A DNA stretch of 64,000 bases from Anaerolineaceae bacterium (GCA_026708325.1 JAPOVC010000017.1:13667-77666); one strand, 5' to 3'; shown: positions 46,876 to 57,724, counted from the first letter of the stretch. Notes: generated from the letters alone by a model not told the origin. Program-made: numbers and translations.

Positions 46876-49800
46876 GGGAGCGGACCGGCCTCCGCGCCCA
46901 GCTGTTGCAACACGTGACGGGCCAGTTCACCGGTCTCGCGCGGCTCCCAGTGCGGATGGCTGTGCTCATTCAGCAGGGCGCGCAAGGCGGGCACGCAGCG
47001 CCGCGTGCCGATGCGCTCAAGCGTCGCGACGGCGTACCAGCGCACCATTGCGTCACTGTCCTGCAGGGCCGCGATAGCGTAGGCTTCGCCCTCACGTCGC
47101 CCGGCCTCGCCGAGGGCCACCACGGCCGCCAGGCGCACCAGCGCCTCAGCGTCCTGGCAGAGCGCGCCCAGGGCCCGGATGCCCGCCGGATGCACCAGAC
47201 GCCCCAGCGCTTCGGCCACGGCTTCGCGCAGCAGAGGGTCGGGATCCCGCGCCAGGGGAATGAGATGCCGCGCCGCGCCGGCATCGCCGCACTCCAGCAG
47301 GGCGCGCAGGACAGCGACGCGCAGGGGCTGGTTTTCGTCCTGCAGCAGTGGCGCCAGGGAATCGCTGGCGGCCGGGTTGCCCAGGGCCGCCAGGGCTTCC
47401 ACCGCCGCCCAGCGCAGCATCCAGTCCGGCTCGCGCAAGACTTCGCAGAGACGCGCCACAATGTGCCCGTTGCGCCGGCCGCGAAAGTGCTGCGCCCAGG
47501 CCGTCAGGCTGCGCGCGGCTTCCTCGCGTTCGCCCCAGGCGCTGTTGCGCAGACGCTCCAGCAGCGCGTCGAGGGTATCAGGCGCTGCTGCGGGGGAGGC
47601 CTTGCCCGTCGCATCCGCCGGCGCCCGTGACGGGTCAGGCCGGGCGCCACCCCGCGCCCGCAGTGCCTCGCGCGCGGTCTTGCGCACCGCGTCATCGGCA
47701 TCGCGGCGCATACGGCGCAGGGCCGCCTCCGCTTCGGGCGCTTCCATGCGGGACAGCGCGGCGGTCGCCAGACGCCGCACGTTGGCCTCGTCGCTCTCCA
47801 GCGCGGGGGTGAGGCTGGCCAGGGCCGCGTCCCCCAGGGTCGCCAGTGCCAGGGCCGCCGCCCGCCGGACGCGCCAGTTGTCGTGACGCAGGGCAGCGAC
47901 CAGCGCCGGCGCGGCCACAGCGTCGCCGAGCCCGCCCAGCGCCGCGCTGGCCTCGATACACACGAGGTCGTCGCTGTCGTGCAGCAACTGCATCAGACCG
48001 GGGACGCCGGCGACGTCCTGCAACCAGGCCAGACCCTGACAGGCGCCCCGGCGCAGGCGCGCGTCCTCGTTCATCAGCAACATCAGCAAGGTCGGCAGAC
48101 CCCGCTCGCGCAGATTGTGAATGGCCACGCGCGCCGCGTCCGTCAGCGCCGTCCCTGACGCCGCCAGACTGTCCTGCAAGGACGGCAGGGTGGGCACGTC
48201 CAGTTGCCACAGCGCCAGCACGGCGGCGCGGCGCACTGCGGGAGTCCCCTCGCGCATCGCGGCCAGGAGCACGGGCAGCGCCAGCTCGAGGTTGATTTCC
48301 GCCAGGGCGCTGGCCGTGGCGACGCGGGCGTCATGCTGCGCGCTGTGCGCCACGCGGATCAGGTTGCCGATGATCGGTTCCACGCTGCGCTCCGGCACGT
48401 CGATGCCATTGGCGATGCATCGCAGGGCGAGGAAGGGATTGACGCGGTTGATGCCCAGCAGAGTCTCCTCAGGGTTGGCGCTGAGGCAGGCCGCCGTGAT
48501 GATCATCGACTCGCGGCTGTCCTGCTGGCGGTCGCCCCCTTCCCCGGTGACCGGTGGCCGCACCTGGCGCCAGAGCGCGCCATCCCGCTGCGTCAGCGCC
48601 GCGAAGTATTCCATCTGCGCCTGCCAGGTGAAGCGCAGGCGCTCGCCCCGTTGCTGCAGAAAGTTGGCGCGCAGGGCCGCCTCCAGCAAGTCGCGCCGGC
48701 CGACGTGACCAAGCGCCTCCCTCCGTGAAACGTAGACGCCCGTCTCCCCGGCCAGCATGGCATCGGCCAGCGCGCCCAGCCCGGCCTCCACTTCCGCCAG
48801 TCTGAGGCTGGTGAAGAGGCTGTCGTCCGGTTGTCGCAGCCACATCTCGGCGGTGGCCCGCCGCAACAGGGCGCCGCGATTCTCCACCGCCTCTTCGCCG
48901 GGCCGGCTTTTGTGCAGCAGGCAGAGGGCCCCCAGCAGAAAAACGTTGCGCGCCATCAGTCGCTGCGGCCGCAGATCGGCCGACGCGTCGCCGAGCAGGC
49001 CACCCAGCATCGTGGGCGCGGCCTGCGGCCCCAGCCAGCTGCGCACGAAGAAGCGGATGTTCTCCGCCGACAGCGGGCCGGTCTGCGCCAGCGGCAGACC
49101 CAGGCTGACGTCAAAGCGATAGTCCTGCGCGCGGCAGGTGATGACGACCTGTTGCGGCGCCCTGGCCGAGGCCAGCCACTTGCGCAACAGGGCGATCTTG
49201 TGGTGGCGGTGCCCGCGGATCTCGTTCAGCCCGTCCAGATAGAGCGCGACCTCTCCCCGCGCCAGCAGGCGCAGCGGATCGCCGGGCAGGTCCCAGTGCG
49301 CGCGGACCAGGTCCTGCACGGTCATGGGGTCTTCCCAGTCGACGAGGTCGATGAGCAGGGGCAGCGGCCCGCTGCGCAGCAACTGCCAGTGATGGATGTC
49401 GTTCAGCACCAGATTGTGCAGCGCCGTCGTTTTGCCGCTGCCCGCCTCGCCGACCAGCACCAGGCGCGGGTGTCGTTCGCGGACCTGCGCCAGGGTTTGC
49501 GGCCGGCTGCGGCGCCCGGCAAGGGGCGCCCCTTCGGCCAGTGTCGGCTCGTGGTCAATCAGCACGCAGGTGGCCTGCTCCATCCAGGCGCGGACGCCGG
49601 GCGGTTCGGGCCGCACCTGGTCCTGGCTGATAACCCGGTCCACCGGGCTGGCATGCTCCAGATACTCCTGCAGGCCGCGCCGCGTGTAGAGGTCGACCGC
49701 CAGGTCGGTCAATTGCGTATCGATGGCGTCCGGCTGATAGCGGATGCGCTCGCCAAAGTGCTGCCGCAACACGGCCACCAGCTTTTCGGCGCGGTGACGG

Positions 49801-50240
49801 AAGCGGTTGGGGCTGCGCCAGTCGCTGAAGTCGAAATACTGCGCCCGCTCCACCTCCATCGGCCACTGCGTCTCATCGATGGGCTCGAGCAGCACCGGCA
49901 CCAGCGGGCAGCCGATGCGGTCCGCGCGCGAGAGTTCGCGCTGGCAGTAACGCGATGCCACGTAGCCGCGGGAGATGACCGGGATGGCGGCGACGGCGCT
50001 GTGCAGGGCATCCTGCAGGACGCTGCGCCAGTCCTCGCCGGGCAGGATGTTGAGGCGGTCCATCCACAGCCGGATGCCGGCGCGGCGCAGGGTCGCCGCC
50101 AGCAGCATCGCAAACTCGCCGTCGTCGCTGCGATAGCTGATGAAAACGTGTCCGCCGCCAGGCCGGTCACGCCTGGGGGGCGCATGGGTCGCCGGATCGC
50201 CTGTCCAGGCGGATGCGGCAGGATGTTGCCGGGGGCTCAT
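46872..50240 (-). CDS. TIR - NACHT/STAND P-loop NTPase - HEAT-repeat protein (1122 aa)
   Basis: TIR-like HVFISYRSDDGEF...VISRGYVASRYCQRELSRA, with the conserved Glu at residue 102. Walker A VLVGEAGSGKTT (49425-49451) and a NACHT-type Walker B ALYLDGLNE. The C-terminal ~450 aa are HEAT/PBS-lyase-type repeats (..D..VR..A..ALG..). Confidence 0.85.
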
Positions 50241-50401
50241 CTACATTTGCTCGGGGACGTGTTCGCTGGGGCAAAGATATAACACGCCCGGCCAGGCGGG
50301 TCAATCAGGTCGCTCCGGCACAGGGTTGGCATCTGTACTGACAGGGACCACCCGGCGCACAGTGGCACGACAAACCCTCGAGGCCCGCCGCTGCCGCCGC
50401 C

Positions 50402-52318
50402 TCACTGCCGCAGCACCTCCTGACCCGTCTCCCGCGAATCGTAGCCCGGCTCGCGACCCAGCGCCGCGCGGAAGCGACTGTCCGCCAGGGTCTCCAGCAG
50501 CGCCTGCATACCGGCCAGCGCCAGATGCCGCTCCGGGATGCAGAGATCGAAGCGTTCCTCGCCCACCGGCACGAAGTCCAGTTCCAGCACCTGCGCCGCG
50601 CGTCGCAGGCCGAGGCCGCAATCCGCCACGCCCGAGGCCACCGCCGCCGCCACGGCCAGATGGGTGTAGACCTCCCGGTCATGGCCCTCGATGTCGGCGC
50701 CCGCGATGCCCAGGCGTTTCAACTCGTAGTCCAGCAGCGCGCGCGTGCCGGAGCCGCGTTGGCGGTTGATGAAGCGGAGGCGCGGCAGGTCTTGCAGGCC
50801 GCGCACAGACAGCGGGTTGCCGCGCTGGACGATCAGGCCCTGCTCGCGATGCGCGAAAGTCACCAGGCGCAGCGCCTCCTGCGGCAGCCACTGGCGCAGC
50901 GCCGCCACGTTGTACTCGCCGCTGGCCTCATCGAGCAAATGCGTGCCCGCCAGATGCGACTCCGCGCGGCGCAGGGCCGCAAGCCCGCCCAGCGAGCCCA
51001 CGTTGGCCGAGACCAGTCGTTGACCGCGCTCCGCCAGCCACTGCGCCAGCAGGTCCAGCAGGGGGTCGTGACTGCCCTGGGCCAGCAGGCTGCGCCGCAC
51101 TTCCGCCAGGGGCCGCAGGAGTTGCACGGTGGCCTGGGCGCCGCGGTTTAGCCCCTCACTGAAGCGCGGCACCAGCGCCAGACCGTCGGCGCGCAGCAGC
51201 GAGCTGATCACGCCCGCGCCCTGCCCCAGGGGGGAGGCCAGCAAGCGCCCGTCCACCTGCGCCAGGGTGACGCGCACGTAGTCGTCGTCACCCGTCGGCG
51301 AGACCAGCTTGCGGGTCATGATGGCCTGCACCTCATCGCGCGGCAGGTCGCCCAGGCCCAGCCACTGGCGCAGCAAGGGCGTCACGAAGAGTTCACCGGT
51401 CAACGCGGCGCTGACCGGATAACCGGGCACGCCGATCACCGGCAAGCCCCGCAGCATGCCCATGATCACCGGGTGACCCGGCCGCACGGCCACGCCATGA
51501 ACCAGCAACTCCCCTTCCGCGCGCAGCACCGCCGCGCTGTAGTCGCGACTGCCCGCGGACGAGCCCGAGAGCAGGAGGATGAGGTCCGGTTCCTGCGTCA
51601 GCGCCGCCAGCAGCGCAGCGCGAATCGCCAGGGGCTCATCCGCCGCGCTCTCAAGCACGAAGGCCTCGCCACCGGCATCCCGCACCTGGGCCGCCAGCAC
51701 CAGACTGTTGCTCTCGATGACCTGGCCCGGAGCCGGTTCGACGCCCGGCGCCACCAGTTCGCTGCCGGTCGGCAGAATCAGGACCCGCGGCCGCCGCCGC
51801 ACCAGCGCGCTATCATGGCCGCAGCCGGCCAGCGCGCCGAGGTCCACCGGCCGCAACAGGTGGTTGGGCGGCAGCACCAACTCGCTGGCGACCATGTCCT
51901 CGCCCATCGGACGCAAATGCTGCCAGGGCGCGACCGCGCTGCGAATCGCAATGCGTCCCTCGTCAAGTTCCTGCGTGTGTTCGATCATGATGACGGCGTC
52001 GCGGTCCGCGGGCAGGGGATCGCCCGTATTCACGGGCCGCGCCTCTTCCGGCACGGCCAGGGTCAGCGGGCGCGTCTCGGTCGCGCCCCGGGTCATCGCC
52101 GCAGCAACCGCGTAGCCGTCCATGGCGGCCGCGTGATAGTGGGGCGCGGACAGGCGCGCGTACACCGCCTCCGCCGTCACGCGCCCGCCCGCCTCCGCCA
52201 GGGGCACGCGCTCGCCCGGCAGCGGCCCGTCCCGTCCGACCGCGCGCAGCGCTGATTCCAGCCGCGCCCGCGCCTGCTCCGCCGGGATATCCTCCAGGTA
52301 GACGTTGCGCTCTTCCAT
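50402..52318 (-). CDS. moeA: Molybdopterin molybdenumtransferase MoeA fused to a C-terminal periplasmic-binding-protein-like (molybdate/anion-binding type) domain
   Basis: MoeA motifs SAPHYHAAAMDGYAV, NTGDPLP and GVPGYPVSA. The last ~220 aa (LLAQGSHDPLLDLL...SGVADCGLGL) look like a PBP-like domain. The start is at 52318 (MEERNVY..) or 52342. Confidence 0.8.
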   Translation of the reverse strand: MEERNVYLEDIPAEQARARLESALRAVGRDGPLPGERVPLAEAGGRVTAEAVYARLSAPHYHAAAMDGYAVAAAMTRGATETRPLTLAVPEEARPVNTGDPLPADRDAVIMIEHTQELDEGRIAIRSAVAPWQHLRPMGEDMVASELVLPPNHLLRPVDLGALAGCGHDSALVRRRPRVLILPTGSELVAPGVEPAPGQVIESNSLVLAAQVRDAGGEAFVLESAADEPLAIRAALLAALTQEPDLILLLSGSSAGSRDYSAAVLRAEGELLVHGVAVRPGHPVIMGMLRGLPVIGVPGYPVSAALTGELFVTPLLRQWLGLGDLPRDEVQAIMTRKLVSPTGDDDYVRVTLAQVDGRLLASPLGQGAGVISSLLRADGLALVPRFSEGLNRGAQATVQLLRPLAEVRRSLLAQGSHDPLLDLLAQWLAERGQRLVSANVGSLGGLAALRRAESHLAGTHLLDEASGEYNVAALRQWLPQEALRLVTFAHREQGLIVQRGNPLSVRGLQDLPRLRFINRQRGSGTRALLDYELKRLGIAGADIEGHDREVYTHLAVAAAVASGVADCGLGLRRAAQVLELDFVPVGEERFDLCIPERHLALAGMQALLETLADSRFRAALGREPGYDSRETGQEVLRQ

Positions 52319-52347
52319 AGCGGCAGTATAGCGTGGCGGCATGGAGC

Positions 52348-52559
52348 GCTCTTACCCCCGGCCCCTCTCCCTCAGGGAGAGGGGAGCACATTCTGTAACG
52401 CCAACAACGAGAACACTTGTGATCCTGGTGCCAGAGTACGCAAGTGAGGACAGCGAGACAATTGAAACGACCGAATTCCTTGACTGATTTCTGCGGAAAA
52501 ACAGTACAAGCGCTGTTAGACTCCCCTCTCCCTCAGGGAGAGGGGCCGGGGGTGAGGGC
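52348..52559. repeat. MITE-like element (~210 bp) with inverted CCCCTCTCCCTCAGGGAGAGGGG hairpins; left terminus degenerate
   Basis: Left end GCTCTTACCCCCGGCCCCTCTCCCTCAGGGAGAGGGG, right end CCCCTCTCCCTCAGGGAGAGGGGCCGGGGGTGAGGGC. The 136-bp interior is AT-enriched. It occupies the divergent moeA / LLM intergenic region. Confidence 0.7.
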
Positions 52560-52590
52560 GGCCGCCTCCCCGGACCTGCACACAAGGAGC

Positions 52591-53511
52591 ATGCCCATGA
52601 CCCTGCGCTTCGGCCTCAACCTGCCCGCCGGACCCGTCACTGGCTCGCCTGGCAAGTTCATGGAGGACCTCGACGTCGCCCTGCCGCAACTGGTCGGCCA
52701 CTTCGACAGCCTGTGGATGACCGATCACTTCATCTGGGACCGCAATCCCTGTTACGAAGCCTGGACGGTCATCGGCTTTTTCGCGGCCCGCTGGCCGCAG
52801 TTCAAAATCGGCCCCATGGTGCTGGGTCAGAGCTACCGCAATCCGGCCCTGCTGGCCAAGATGGCGGCCACGCTGCAACATCTCTCCGGCGGGCGCTTTA
52901 TCATGGGCATCGGCGCCGGCTGGAAGGAGGACGAATACCGCGCCTACGACTGGCCCTACCCGCGCGCCGGCATCCGCATCGAACAGTTGCAGGACACCCT
53001 GGAGATCATGACCCGTATGTGGGGCGAGCCCGGCCCGCTCAGCTGGCAGGGGCGCCACTACCGCATTGTGGAGGCCATCTGCGAGCCGCGCCCGGACCCC
53101 GTGCCGCCCATCATCGTCGGTGGCGCCGGCCGCAAGACCATGCGCCTCGCCGCGCAGTATGCCGACGGCTGGAACCTCTCCGATTCCCCGATTGAGCGTT
53201 TTCGCGAGCGTCTCGCCATCCTGCAGCAGCACTGCGAGGAACTGGGGCGCGACCCCGCCAGCATCGAACTCTCCTGGTTCGGCCGCCTCAGCATCGCGGA
53301 AAGCGAGCGGGCGGCCATCGCGCGCAGCCATGGCCGCTGGCAACGCGACCGCGCCTTCGTCGGCACGGCGCCGCAGTGCATCGAGATGATGCAGCCTTTC
53401 GTTGAGGAGGGCGTCAGCTGTTTCATGCTCGACATCATGGACTTCGCCGACGAAGACGTCCTCGGCGCAGTCATCGAGGAAGTCCTGCCAGCCCTGCGCC
53501 CAACGTCCTGA
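52591..53511 (+). CDS. Luciferase-like monooxygenase (LLM) class flavin/F420-dependent oxidoreductase, paralog 1
   Basis: ORF trimmed to the ATG at 52591, with an AAGGAG RBS. Motifs SLWMTDHF, SGGRFIMGIGAGWKEDEY and IVGGAGRKTMRLAAQYADGWN. Confidence 0.85.
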   Translation: MPMTLRFGLNLPAGPVTGSPGKFMEDLDVALPQLVGHFDSLWMTDHFIWDRNPCYEAWTVIGFFAARWPQFKIGPMVLGQSYRNPALLAKMAATLQHLSGGRFIMGIGAGWKEDEYRAYDWPYPRAGIRIEQLQDTLEIMTRMWGEPGPLSWQGRHYRIVEAICEPRPDPVPPIIVGGAGRKTMRLAAQYADGWNLSDSPIERFRERLAILQQHCEELGRDPASIELSWFGRLSIAESERAAIARSHGRWQRDRAFVGTAPQCIEMMQPFVEEGVSCFMLDIMDFADEDVLGAVIEEVLPALRPTS

Positions 53512-53536
53512 CCTTCGCATTCGGGAGTCAAATGAC

Positions 53537-54442
53537 ATGACCTGCCACGTTGACATTTTTTTGCCGCCCGGCCCGGACAAGGGAAAAATCAACAGGTACA
53601 TGGACGACCTCGACCTCGCCCTGCCGCAGCTGGCCGGCCACGTCGACGGCCTGTGGATGAGCGACCACTTCATCTGGGACGACGACCCCTGTTACGAGGC
53701 CTGGACCGTCATGTGCTATCTCGCGGCCCGCTGGCCGCAGTACCGCATCGGCTCGATTGTCCTCTGCCAGAGTTACCGCAACCCGGCCCTGCTGGCCAAA
53801 ATGGGCGCCACGTTGCAATCCCTGTCGGGCGGCCGCTTCACCATGGGCATCGGCGCGGGCTGGAAGGAAGACGAATACCGCGCCTATGACTACCCCTTCC
53901 CGCGCGCCGGCATCCGCGTTGAGCAATTGCAGGACACGCTGGAAATCCTGACGCGCATGTGGCGCGAACCAGGGCCAGTAGCCTGGCAGGGCCGCCACTA
54001 CCGCATTACGGAGGCCATCTGCGAGCCGCGGCCGCAGCCCGTCCCGCCCGTTATGGTCGGCGCGGGAGAACGCAAGACCATTCGCCTCGCCGTGCAGTAC
54101 GCCGACGGCTGGAATCCGGCGGTCTTCACGCCGGGCCCCTTCCGCGAGCGCCTCGCCATCTTTCATCAGCACTGCGAGGAACTGGAGCGCGACCCCGCCA
54201 GCATGGAGATCTCCTGGAGCGGCCGGCTCAGCGTCGGCGCCACCGAGCGGGCCGCCCGCGAGCGCAACAGCCGCTCCTGGGAACGCGAAGGCGCTTTCAT
54301 CGGCTCTCCGGCGCAGGTCATCGAGCAGATGCAGGGCTTCATCGACCTGGGCGTCAGCCGCTTCATTCTGGAGATCCTCGAATTCAGCGACGAAGAGGTC
54401 ATCGGGATCCTGGTGGAAGACATTCTGCCCGCCCTGCGTTGA
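53537..54442 (+). CDS. LLM class flavin/F420-dependent oxidoreductase, paralog 2
   Basis: ORF trimmed to the ATG at 53537 (MTCHVDIFLPPG..). Collinear with, and highly similar to, paralog 1. Confidence 0.85.
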   Translation: MTCHVDIFLPPGPDKGKINRYMDDLDLALPQLAGHVDGLWMSDHFIWDDDPCYEAWTVMCYLAARWPQYRIGSIVLCQSYRNPALLAKMGATLQSLSGGRFTMGIGAGWKEDEYRAYDYPFPRAGIRVEQLQDTLEILTRMWREPGPVAWQGRHYRITEAICEPRPQPVPPVMVGAGERKTIRLAVQYADGWNPAVFTPGPFRERLAIFHQHCEELERDPASMEISWSGRLSVGATERAARERNSRSWEREGAFIGSPAQVIEQMQGFIDLGVSRFILEILEFSDEEVIGILVEDILPALR

Positions 54443-54514
54443 GCGCCCGACCACCCACTCCTGCAGGGGTCACGTACAAACCAGGAGGACAGCCTTCCAC
54501 GATCGCGCCTGGCA

Positions 54515-54930
54515 ACTCCCGCTTCTCCCCCTCTCCCTGAGGGAAGGGCTCCCGCGACCGAGCGGAAGGGCTCCCGCGACTCAGCGGGAATGGGGTTGGG
54601 GGGTGAGGGCCATTGCTTCTGCCCGCCCTGCGCTGAATGCTGCCCAAATCGACGAATTTGGGATGGCGGGCGATTTGACATATCGCCCCTGCACGGGAAG
54701 GGCTCTCGCGACTCAGCAGAAGGGCTCCCGCGACCGAGCGGGAAAGAGGTTGGGGGTGAGGGCCATTGCTTCTGCCCGCCCTGCGTTAAACGCCTGGCCA
54801 CCTTCCTCGCAGCGCGCTATCCTAGGGTTTCGCACTTACATCCTCTCCCACTGGTGTTTAAGTCCCTCACCCTGGGGGAAGGGCTCCCGCGACTGAGCGG
54901 GAAAGGGATTTAGGGTGAGGGCCGGCCCCA
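54515..54930. repeat. Intergenic pile-up of hairpin repeats, including a ~153-bp tandem duplication
   Basis: Multiple GGGCTCCCGCGAC(C/T)(G/C)AGCGGGAA hairpins are present. GGGGTGAGGGCCATTGCTTCTGCCCGCCCTGCG occurs twice (ending at 54632 and 54785). A compact 62-bp element GTCCCTCACCC...GGGTGAGGGC lies at 54863-54924, and a GGGCGATTTGACATATCGCCCC hairpin near 54650-54675. Confidence 0.8.
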
Positions 54931-54942
54931 CAAGGATTTCCC

Positions 54943-55794
54943 ATGAAACTCGTATCCATCGCCCCTGACATGCGCCTCGGCATCTGGCTTGACGACGCGG
55001 TGGTCGATTCCTCCGCCGCCGGTATCGCCGGCATGCCCGGCACCATGGCCGACGCCCTCAACGGCGGCGCGGCCGCCCTGGACTCGCTGCGCAACCTGGC
55101 CGCCGATCCGCCGGAAGCCGCGCTGCTGCCCGCCGACCAGGTGACGCTGGGCCCCTGCGTGCCGCAGCCAGGCAAAATCATTTGCGTCGGCCTCAACTAC
55201 GCCAAACACGCCGCGGAAGGCGGCCAGGCGATTCCCGAAACGCCGGTGCTCTTCTCCAAGTTCAACAACAGCCTCGCCGGCCCGGACGAGGACGTCCCCC
55301 TGCCCGCCGGCGCCGTCGAGTACGACTACGAAGTCGAGTTGACCGCCGTCATCGGCGGGACGACGCGTGACGTCGGCGTGGAGGACGCCCTCAATCACGT
55401 CGCCGGCTACTGCTGCAGCAACGACGTCAGCGCGCGCGACCTGCAGATGCTCACCGGTCAATGGCTGCTGGGCAAAACGCTGGACAAGTTCCTGCCACTG
55501 GGCCCCTGGCTGGTGACCAGTGACGAGGTGCCCGACCCGCAGGCGCTGGGTCTGCGCTGCTGGCTCAACGGCGAACTGCGCCAGGACTCCAACACCGCGG
55601 ACATGATTTTCAGCGTGGCCGAGATCGTCAGCTACGCCAGCCGCTACATGACCCTCGAGGCCGGCGACGTCATCTCCACCGGCACGCCCGAAGGGGTCAT
55701 CATGGGGATGGACCCCCGCGTCTGGATGGTGGCCGGCGACGTGGTCAGCGTCGAGGTCGATGGCCTGGGCCGGCTGACGAACCGGTTGGTTTGA
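54943..55794 (+). CDS. Fumarylacetoacetate hydrolase (FAH) family protein
   Basis: KIICVGLNYAKHAAE, YEVELTAVIG, GKTLDKF and VISTGTPEGV. Confidence 0.9.
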   Translation: MKLVSIAPDMRLGIWLDDAVVDSSAAGIAGMPGTMADALNGGAAALDSLRNLAADPPEAALLPADQVTLGPCVPQPGKIICVGLNYAKHAAEGGQAIPETPVLFSKFNNSLAGPDEDVPLPAGAVEYDYEVELTAVIGGTTRDVGVEDALNHVAGYCCSNDVSARDLQMLTGQWLLGKTLDKFLPLGPWLVTSDEVPDPQALGLRCWLNGELRQDSNTADMIFSVAEIVSYASRYMTLEAGDVISTGTPEGVIMGMDPRVWMVAGDVVSVEVDGLGRLTNRLV

Positions 55795-55857
55795 ACCGAC
55801 CTGTGTTGCAGGGGCGACAAGTGGTCCGCGCCTGAAGGGCGTTTTGATCAATCGCCC

Positions 55858-56721
55858 CTACACGCCCAGCGTCCCGAAGTAGTGCTCGAAGAAGCGGTCG
55901 ACGTTCACCGAGGTCGCCACCTCGTGCGGGCCGTCGGCGCTTTCCCGCCAGCCGGTTTTACCAGGGGACTCCTCCAGGTCAACCGTCACCTGGCCGCGCG
56001 TGAAGCCGCAGATCGCCTCATCAAACAGGCAGGCCGCCGCCAGGGGATCGTGCAGCGTCATCACCGCGCGTTCCGTGAACCACACTTCGGCAAAGTCCAT
56101 CACCGGCCGCAGCAACCCCTGGCTGAAGCGCTGCCGCACTTCGTCCGGCGACAGGCGCACCTGGGTCGTCACGTCCAGCCCGACGGAGCGATGCGGCCGC
56201 ACCGGCGCGCGGTACACCATCGCCGTCGCATGGGGGTCGAGGATGGCGTTCCATTCCTCGAAGTCGCGCACCCCGCTCCAGTAGGAACCGCCCATCAGCA
56301 TCAGCCCGCCCAGCAATGAGGGGATTTCCGGGTCCGTGGCGAAGAGCAGCGCCACGTTGGTCAGCGGGCCGATGGGCAACAGCCACACCTCGCCCGGATG
56401 CGCGCGAATCGTCTGTCGCATGAACTCGATCGCTTCGCCGCGGGGAAAGTCCGTCGCGTGCGACCAGTCGCCCAGGGCGTCGGCCTGCGGCGACATCGGT
56501 TGCCGTTGTTCGACCAGGAGGGGCTGTTCCGCGCCGATGTAGATCGGGATGTCTTTTCCCGCCTCGCGGCAGAGCGCACTGGCCAGCATGCCGCGGCGCT
56601 GCCCCTCGCCGGTGACCGTCGTGATCCCCAGCAACTCGCAGTCCGGCTGAGCCAGCAAATAGGCCAGGCAGGCCGCGTCGTCGATGTCCGAGCCAATGTC
56701 CGTATCCAGCAAGACCTTCAT
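55858..56721 (-). CDS. Nucleoside hydrolase (inosine/uridine-preferring family)
   Basis: N-terminal aspartate cluster [13 protein letters not shown]. 287 aa. Confidence 0.85.
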   Translation of the reverse strand: MKVLLDTDIGSDIDDAACLAYLLAQPDCELLGITTVTGEGQRRGMLASALCREAGKDIPIYIGAEQPLLVEQRQPMSPQADALGDWSHATDFPRGEAIEFMRQTIRAHPGEVWLLPIGPLTNVALLFATDPEIPSLLGGLMLMGGSYWSGVRDFEEWNAILDPHATAMVYRAPVRPHRSVGLDVTTQVRLSPDEVRQRFSQGLLRPVMDFAEVWFTERAVMTLHDPLAAACLFDEAICGFTRGQVTVDLEESPGKTGWRESADGPHEVATSVNVDRFFEHYFGTLGV

Positions 56722-56839
56722 GTGCGCTCCCCTTGGGTTCGACAGGCCCGGCCCATTCTATATGCGTGCACGGAACTTGCGCCAATGCGCAGCAGGCGCA
56801 AGACTCGCGGTTCGCAACTGCCATAAGAGGGGGCACGAC

Positions 56840-57724
56840 ATGCGACTGGGAATGTGCAGCGCCTTCCTGCCGGAAAACATCAACGACTTCACGCCGGAAA
56901 TCTGCCGGCGCGTACGCGACCTGGGTTTCAGCGGCGTCTTCGTCCGCACGCGCCAGAACGACCCGCACACCGCCACGCGGGCGGAGGCGCAACGCTTCCG
57001 CGACCTGCTGACCGACGAGAATCTGCGCCTCTTCCAGGGAACCGGCTACTGGCAAAACCTCATCACCGGCGACGAAAATCAGCGCCGCGAAAGCGTGCGT
57101 ACGCTGCAGGCCGCCCTGCGTCTGGCGGGCTGGCTCGGCGCGCGCGGCATCGACACCGGCCCCGGCTCGATGAGTCCCCATGGCCCCTGGGCGCCGCATC
57201 CCGACAACTGGACGCCCCTCGCCCGCCGCCAGCTGATCCGCAGTCTGCGCGAGGCCGCGCCCGCCGCCGAAGACGCCGGCGTTTACCTCAGCGTCGAATG
57301 CCACCAGACCGTCACGCTCGAATCGCCGGAAGTCGCCCTTGACGTGATCAACGCCGTCGACTCGCCCTGGGTGCGCATCGACTACGACTCGGCCAACTGG
57401 CTCGACCTGCGCAGTGCCTGGGACAGCGGCAGCGCCCTCAACCACCATTTTGACCTGCTGGGCGAACACATCGTCAGTTGCCACGCCAAGGACGTTTTCG
57501 TCGAACCGCGCCTGGTGATTCACATCAGCGACGGCTGCGCCGGCCGCGGCCTGGTCGATTTCCGCACGCTCTGCCGCCGCATGCACGAGTTGTCGCCGGA
57601 TTACCCGGTCATCATTGAGGGCGCAGAGACCGAAGACCTGCCCGAAGTCAGCGCCTTCTTCCACGGCATCGCCGCCGAACTGGAACTGCCCCTGCTCGAC
57701 GCCGACGAAGAGGCGCCGGCATGA
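56840..57724 (+). CDS. Sugar phosphate isomerase/epimerase (xylose-isomerase-like TIM barrel)
   Basis: ORF trimmed to the ATG at 56840 (MRLGMCSAF..). YLSVECH, DYDSANW and SCHAKD motifs. Confidence 0.8.
   Translation: MRLGMCSAFLPENINDFTPEICRRVRDLGFSGVFVRTRQNDPHTATRAEAQRFRDLLTDENLRLFQGTGYWQNLITGDENQRRESVRTLQAALRLAGWLGARGIDTGPGSMSPHGPWAPHPDNWTPLARRQLIRSLREAAPAAEDAGVYLSVECHQTVTLESPEVALDVINAVDSPWVRIDYDSANWLDLRSAWDSGSALNHHFDLLGEHIVSCHAKDVFVEPRLVIHISDGCAGRGLVDFRTLCRRMHELSPDYPVIIEGAETEDLPEVSAFFHGIAAELELPLLDADEEAPA

Noticed and set aside
47846-48730. Multiple 150-240-aa plus-strand ORFs across 46.9-50.3 kb
   Set aside because: All are antisense to the TIR-NACHT-HEAT gene. The HEAT-repeat region of a high-GC gene yields long Arg/Ala-rich shadow frames.
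50241-50401. Looked for mobile-element hallmarks (att-like direct repeats, tRNA, integrase) flanking the TIR gene pair, also in 44983-45171
   Set aside because: I found no tRNA-like sequence, inverted or direct repeats, or recombinase ORF. The composition looks host-like, so I do not call the pair a genomic island.
52343-52590. Possible Moco riboswitch upstream of moeA
   Set aside because: The region is occupied by the MITE-like repeat. I could not recognise the conserved Moco-motif core by eye, so no call is made without a covariance-model scan.
54515-54930. Possible CRISPR array, because of closely spaced repeats
   Set aside because: The repeats are imperfect, differ in type and orientation, and have irregular spacing (no uniform repeat-spacer periodicity). 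No cas genes are nearby.
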